Made by a program: the position numbers and the translations under genes. DNA of 64,000 nucleotides, taken from Bugula neritina (lineage: Eukaryota > Animalia > Bryozoa). Below, one piece after another: positions 60,843 through 64,000 of the stretch (position 1 is its first letter; every line of letters begins with the position of its first letter). The stretch is from contig OZ037771.1 in NCBI GenBank assembly GCA_964035545.1, forward strand, positions 5,489,190-5,553,189, written 5' to 3'. The notes beneath the pieces are model-generated. The model did not search any database. It was not told where the DNA came from and saw only the letters and a program-made list of their open reading frames with translations.

Positions 60843-61923
60843 AATGATCTGTTAGTGTAGCTGTATGTGTAAACCAATACCTTGCATGAACATGTGTGGA
60901 GTGTACAGCTAACCTCACACAAGTTAATTCTATACCAGATCAGATATTGAGTTACATTTATTAAATTGAACTCAAATTCCTGAAAAGCTTGAACTGCTAA
61001 AAATAGTACACCGCAATAAGATTAATTAAGTGCTGCTTACATGCTGCTGACATTTAGTTTAATGATTATGATAAGGTTTCAAAAGCTTGTTATACCCTTG
61101 CACTTATCTGTATAACTCTACAATAGTAGTTATGTTAGTTTAATCTGCATGTGTCCACTGATGGTATATATATTTTTTTTCTAAGATTAACTTTGTATGA
61201 CAATGGCTGTATGTATCAGCAACTTTTAATCATTGTATTCCCATAGACTAGAGTGGGTAATTTTGTGCTTCAATAGAACTTCTTGAACAGTTTTTGTTTG
61301 TTGGTTTAAGTACAATAAATATCAATTTTACTTGTGGTTTGATAAGAGCAGGTAAAAACTAAGAGCTTTCATTTCTATAATTAAAAATGAAACAAAGAAA
61401 TTGTTTGTATTTAGAGTTTGACAAGCATAAAAGGAAACAAATCAAGTTCAATTCTCGAAGTTTTACATCACATCACTTTTAGTGAAGCTCAAAGCTACAG
61501 GCTATGGCTGTACACATGGTCTTCAAAAGAGTTAGGTGCAGTAATGGATAAAATAAGAAAAACCTCTGTCCTAGATGAAAAATGTAGCAAAACACATTAT
61601 GTTCTCTCAGAGTTTTAAATCAAATCTATACAAAAATCAAAGAATTTAGGAAATTGAAATTTTTTTAATTAAAAATATACTCTGAAATTGAAGCTTTTTG
61701 ACTAGGTTATTAGTTTAGGAAGCTTATAATGAATTATGATATTTTATATGCTAAAGTAGGTCACGTAACCTCATTCATTGTGATATTCAGCATACTTGAG
61801 AAAAGTTACAGAATCACAGTTGATCTCAAAGCAGTAGAAATACTGTAACAGCTGCTGCATTCATTGAATTTTTTGTTACAACAACATGCTACGGATGCTA
61901 GAGCACAGCTGCTTCTGCAATGT

Positions 61924-61997
61924 GGCCAATGCTGCCAATGCTGCCAATGCTGCCAATGCTGCCAATGCTGCCAATGCTGCCAATGCTGCCAATGCTG
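61924..61997. repeat. (GCCAATGCT)n 9-bp repeat, 8 copies
   Basis: Direct observation. Confidence 0.95.
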
Positions 61998-64000
61998 TAA
62001 AGATTAGTTTACCAGGAAGCCTAGCAAAACTGCAGTGTAAATAAAATTGACAAGTGGATAAATAAAACATTCTTCACTACCTATTGGAAGAGTAGCTCAG
62101 TAGCTGCTGTATATAATATTATGTTTGGTCAAAGTACAAGGAAAACCAGGTTGTTTATTGTTACAATGCCATGAAAATATCTAATCCAGCTTTCAATAGA
62201 CCTGAATAATTGTGAATAAGTAGCAGAAATATGTTTAATATTGATAATACTTATAGTGAGAGTTTATTTCATGTAACTGTAACCACTAACTGCAGATAAG
62301 CTTTAAAGCAGATGAAGCTTGTTACATAACAATGGAGCATCTACTTTATGCTTCTGGCAGTGTTGGGAATTCGCTTTTAGTAGTTATTCAGTCATTATTT
62401 GCTACTAAAACATTTTAAAATAAAAATCCTAAAAAGGTTATCAAGATAAAACTTGAGTTGCCAGAATTGAAAGGAGTATTGAAAGAGGGCAGCTGAGTTT
62501 ACTCACTTCCTTATTTAATAATAGATTTTGTGGGCTAACATCAATGAAAATAATCTATGTAGCCGCTAGTCTCATATTTAACTCAGTTGTTGTTGAAAAA
62601 ATATAGAACAAGTTTTATACAAACTAAATATGTTTGAGTAACATTTTTTTAGTTGGAGTAAAACCAATATAGCAAGTTGTTTTATGCCATTTTTATAAAA
62701 CATTAGTATGAATTATGGTAGTATTCATTCCCCCCAACCACTTCGCAAAGCCTGGTTTATAACGGACTCGAATTCTTTCAATGAAAGACAATATTGAGTA
62801 GAATATATGAAATGTTATAGGGCTATATGACCTTAGAGCATATAAAATTAAACCATATAACACAGAGTTATAATTGTGTCCTGTTTGAGTTTTGCAAAAA
62901 GCAATATTTTAAAACACACATTTGAAAGAAACAAATATAATATCTATCAAGTATAGCATGCTTTTATATTTTACTAAGGAACAAAGTTTTTAGCAAACTT
63001 GCATTAGAAATAACAGGATAAGCTAAAAACTTACGGATTGGTTTCTTGCCCTAGATTAGCTAGGCAGCTGGTTAGGTCAGCACTGGTACTGCTATCAGTT
63101 CATCACAAGATTTGAGCGCATGCTTAGGTTACCCTCTCTGTAGATCAGCTGGCAGGTTAGGTACCATGTGACCAATCAGGTGACACTGTAATACAATGTA
63201 AACGATATGAGTTATTCTATCTGAGCTTTTTCTGGTGGTGACAACTCCAAGTCAACCTTTCTTATAATAATACATAGCTATACAAAAATTAACTTGCTTT
63301 TTGTTGCAGTATATTTTACAAATTATACAACACAAATTAAAGTTAAATGCAAAAATCATTTATAGTTATCTTTTGAAAAACATATTTTCATAATTTTCTC
63401 TGGTTTGTAGTAAATAAAAAACAAATACTAGTAGGCTATATAGAAATGCAAATTTTTTCAAATGTTGCTATGATTTGACTAATATAGAAGTTTTCAAAAA
63501 ACAAGCTTGCACAATGGACACAATTTTCAATTATTTGAATATTTTAATTTCCGATTTAAAAGTGTCTATTTCTGAAAATTATTTTATTGTGAATAACTCT
63601 ATAAAAAGCAGTTTTTTGTTTTTATATTTATATAAAATAGTTACATTGTTATATTATACATATTATATAAGTGAAATAATGTTATGTCGTTTTTTGAAGC
63701 CTATAGCGTGCATTTTGATAATGCTTCTCCTTTGATGAAATCTGACAAGGTAGCTGGGTTATGCATGTAATACAACTTCCTAGACTGATATCATCATTAA
63801 TAGCATATATTGCAGAAGTTCATTTATGCTGAACTACATGTATATATATGAAATAATGAGTAAATTTGAAGAGCATAGTGAATTTTAGGTAGAACTAGTA
63901 GTAGAAAAAGTGATGTGAAGATTAAAGTATAGCTGCATGGTGAGTGAGTGAAGGACTCAGGAACATGGAATGTATAAAAATGGGCATATTTTGATGAACT

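Noticed and set aside
61876-62070. ORF with (ALA)n hydrophobic run resembling a TM or signal segment
   Set aside because: Product of a 9-bp microsatellite; no supporting splice context.

Overview
AT-rich, intron-rich animal (invertebrate-type) genomic DNA; nothing prokaryotic. Splicing exons by hand gives six host genes: a multi-exon protocadherin-like cadherin (-, signal peptide plus EC1-EC3, 3' part not found in the window), a CD225/dispanin-like membrane protein (-), RYK/Derailed pseudokinase (-, 12 coding exons), a SEPT6/11-group septin (+, 11 coding exons, head-to-head with RYK), an ankyrin-repeat caspase (-, 7 coding exons, ~856 aa) and a Ser/Thr-rich single-pass membrane protein (-). 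A complete, apparently very young Ty3/Gypsy LTR retrotransposon (41611-49111) sits between the convergent septin and caspase genes. It has matching 305-bp LTRs, ATAT TSD, a tRNA-Leu PBS, a candidate -1 frameshift signal and an extra zinc-finger ORF3. Also present: a solo LTR, two tRNA-derived SINE copies, MITE-like elements, a ~560-bp inverted repeat pair and many minisatellites. Most notable: (1) a caspase with intact catalytic residues whose prodomain is a single-exon array of ~13 elongated 39-aa ankyrin repeats; (2) the non-env zinc-finger ORF3 of the Gypsy element; (3) tandem amplification of splice-site sequences in three unrelated genes. All gene models are manual and lack transcript confirmation.
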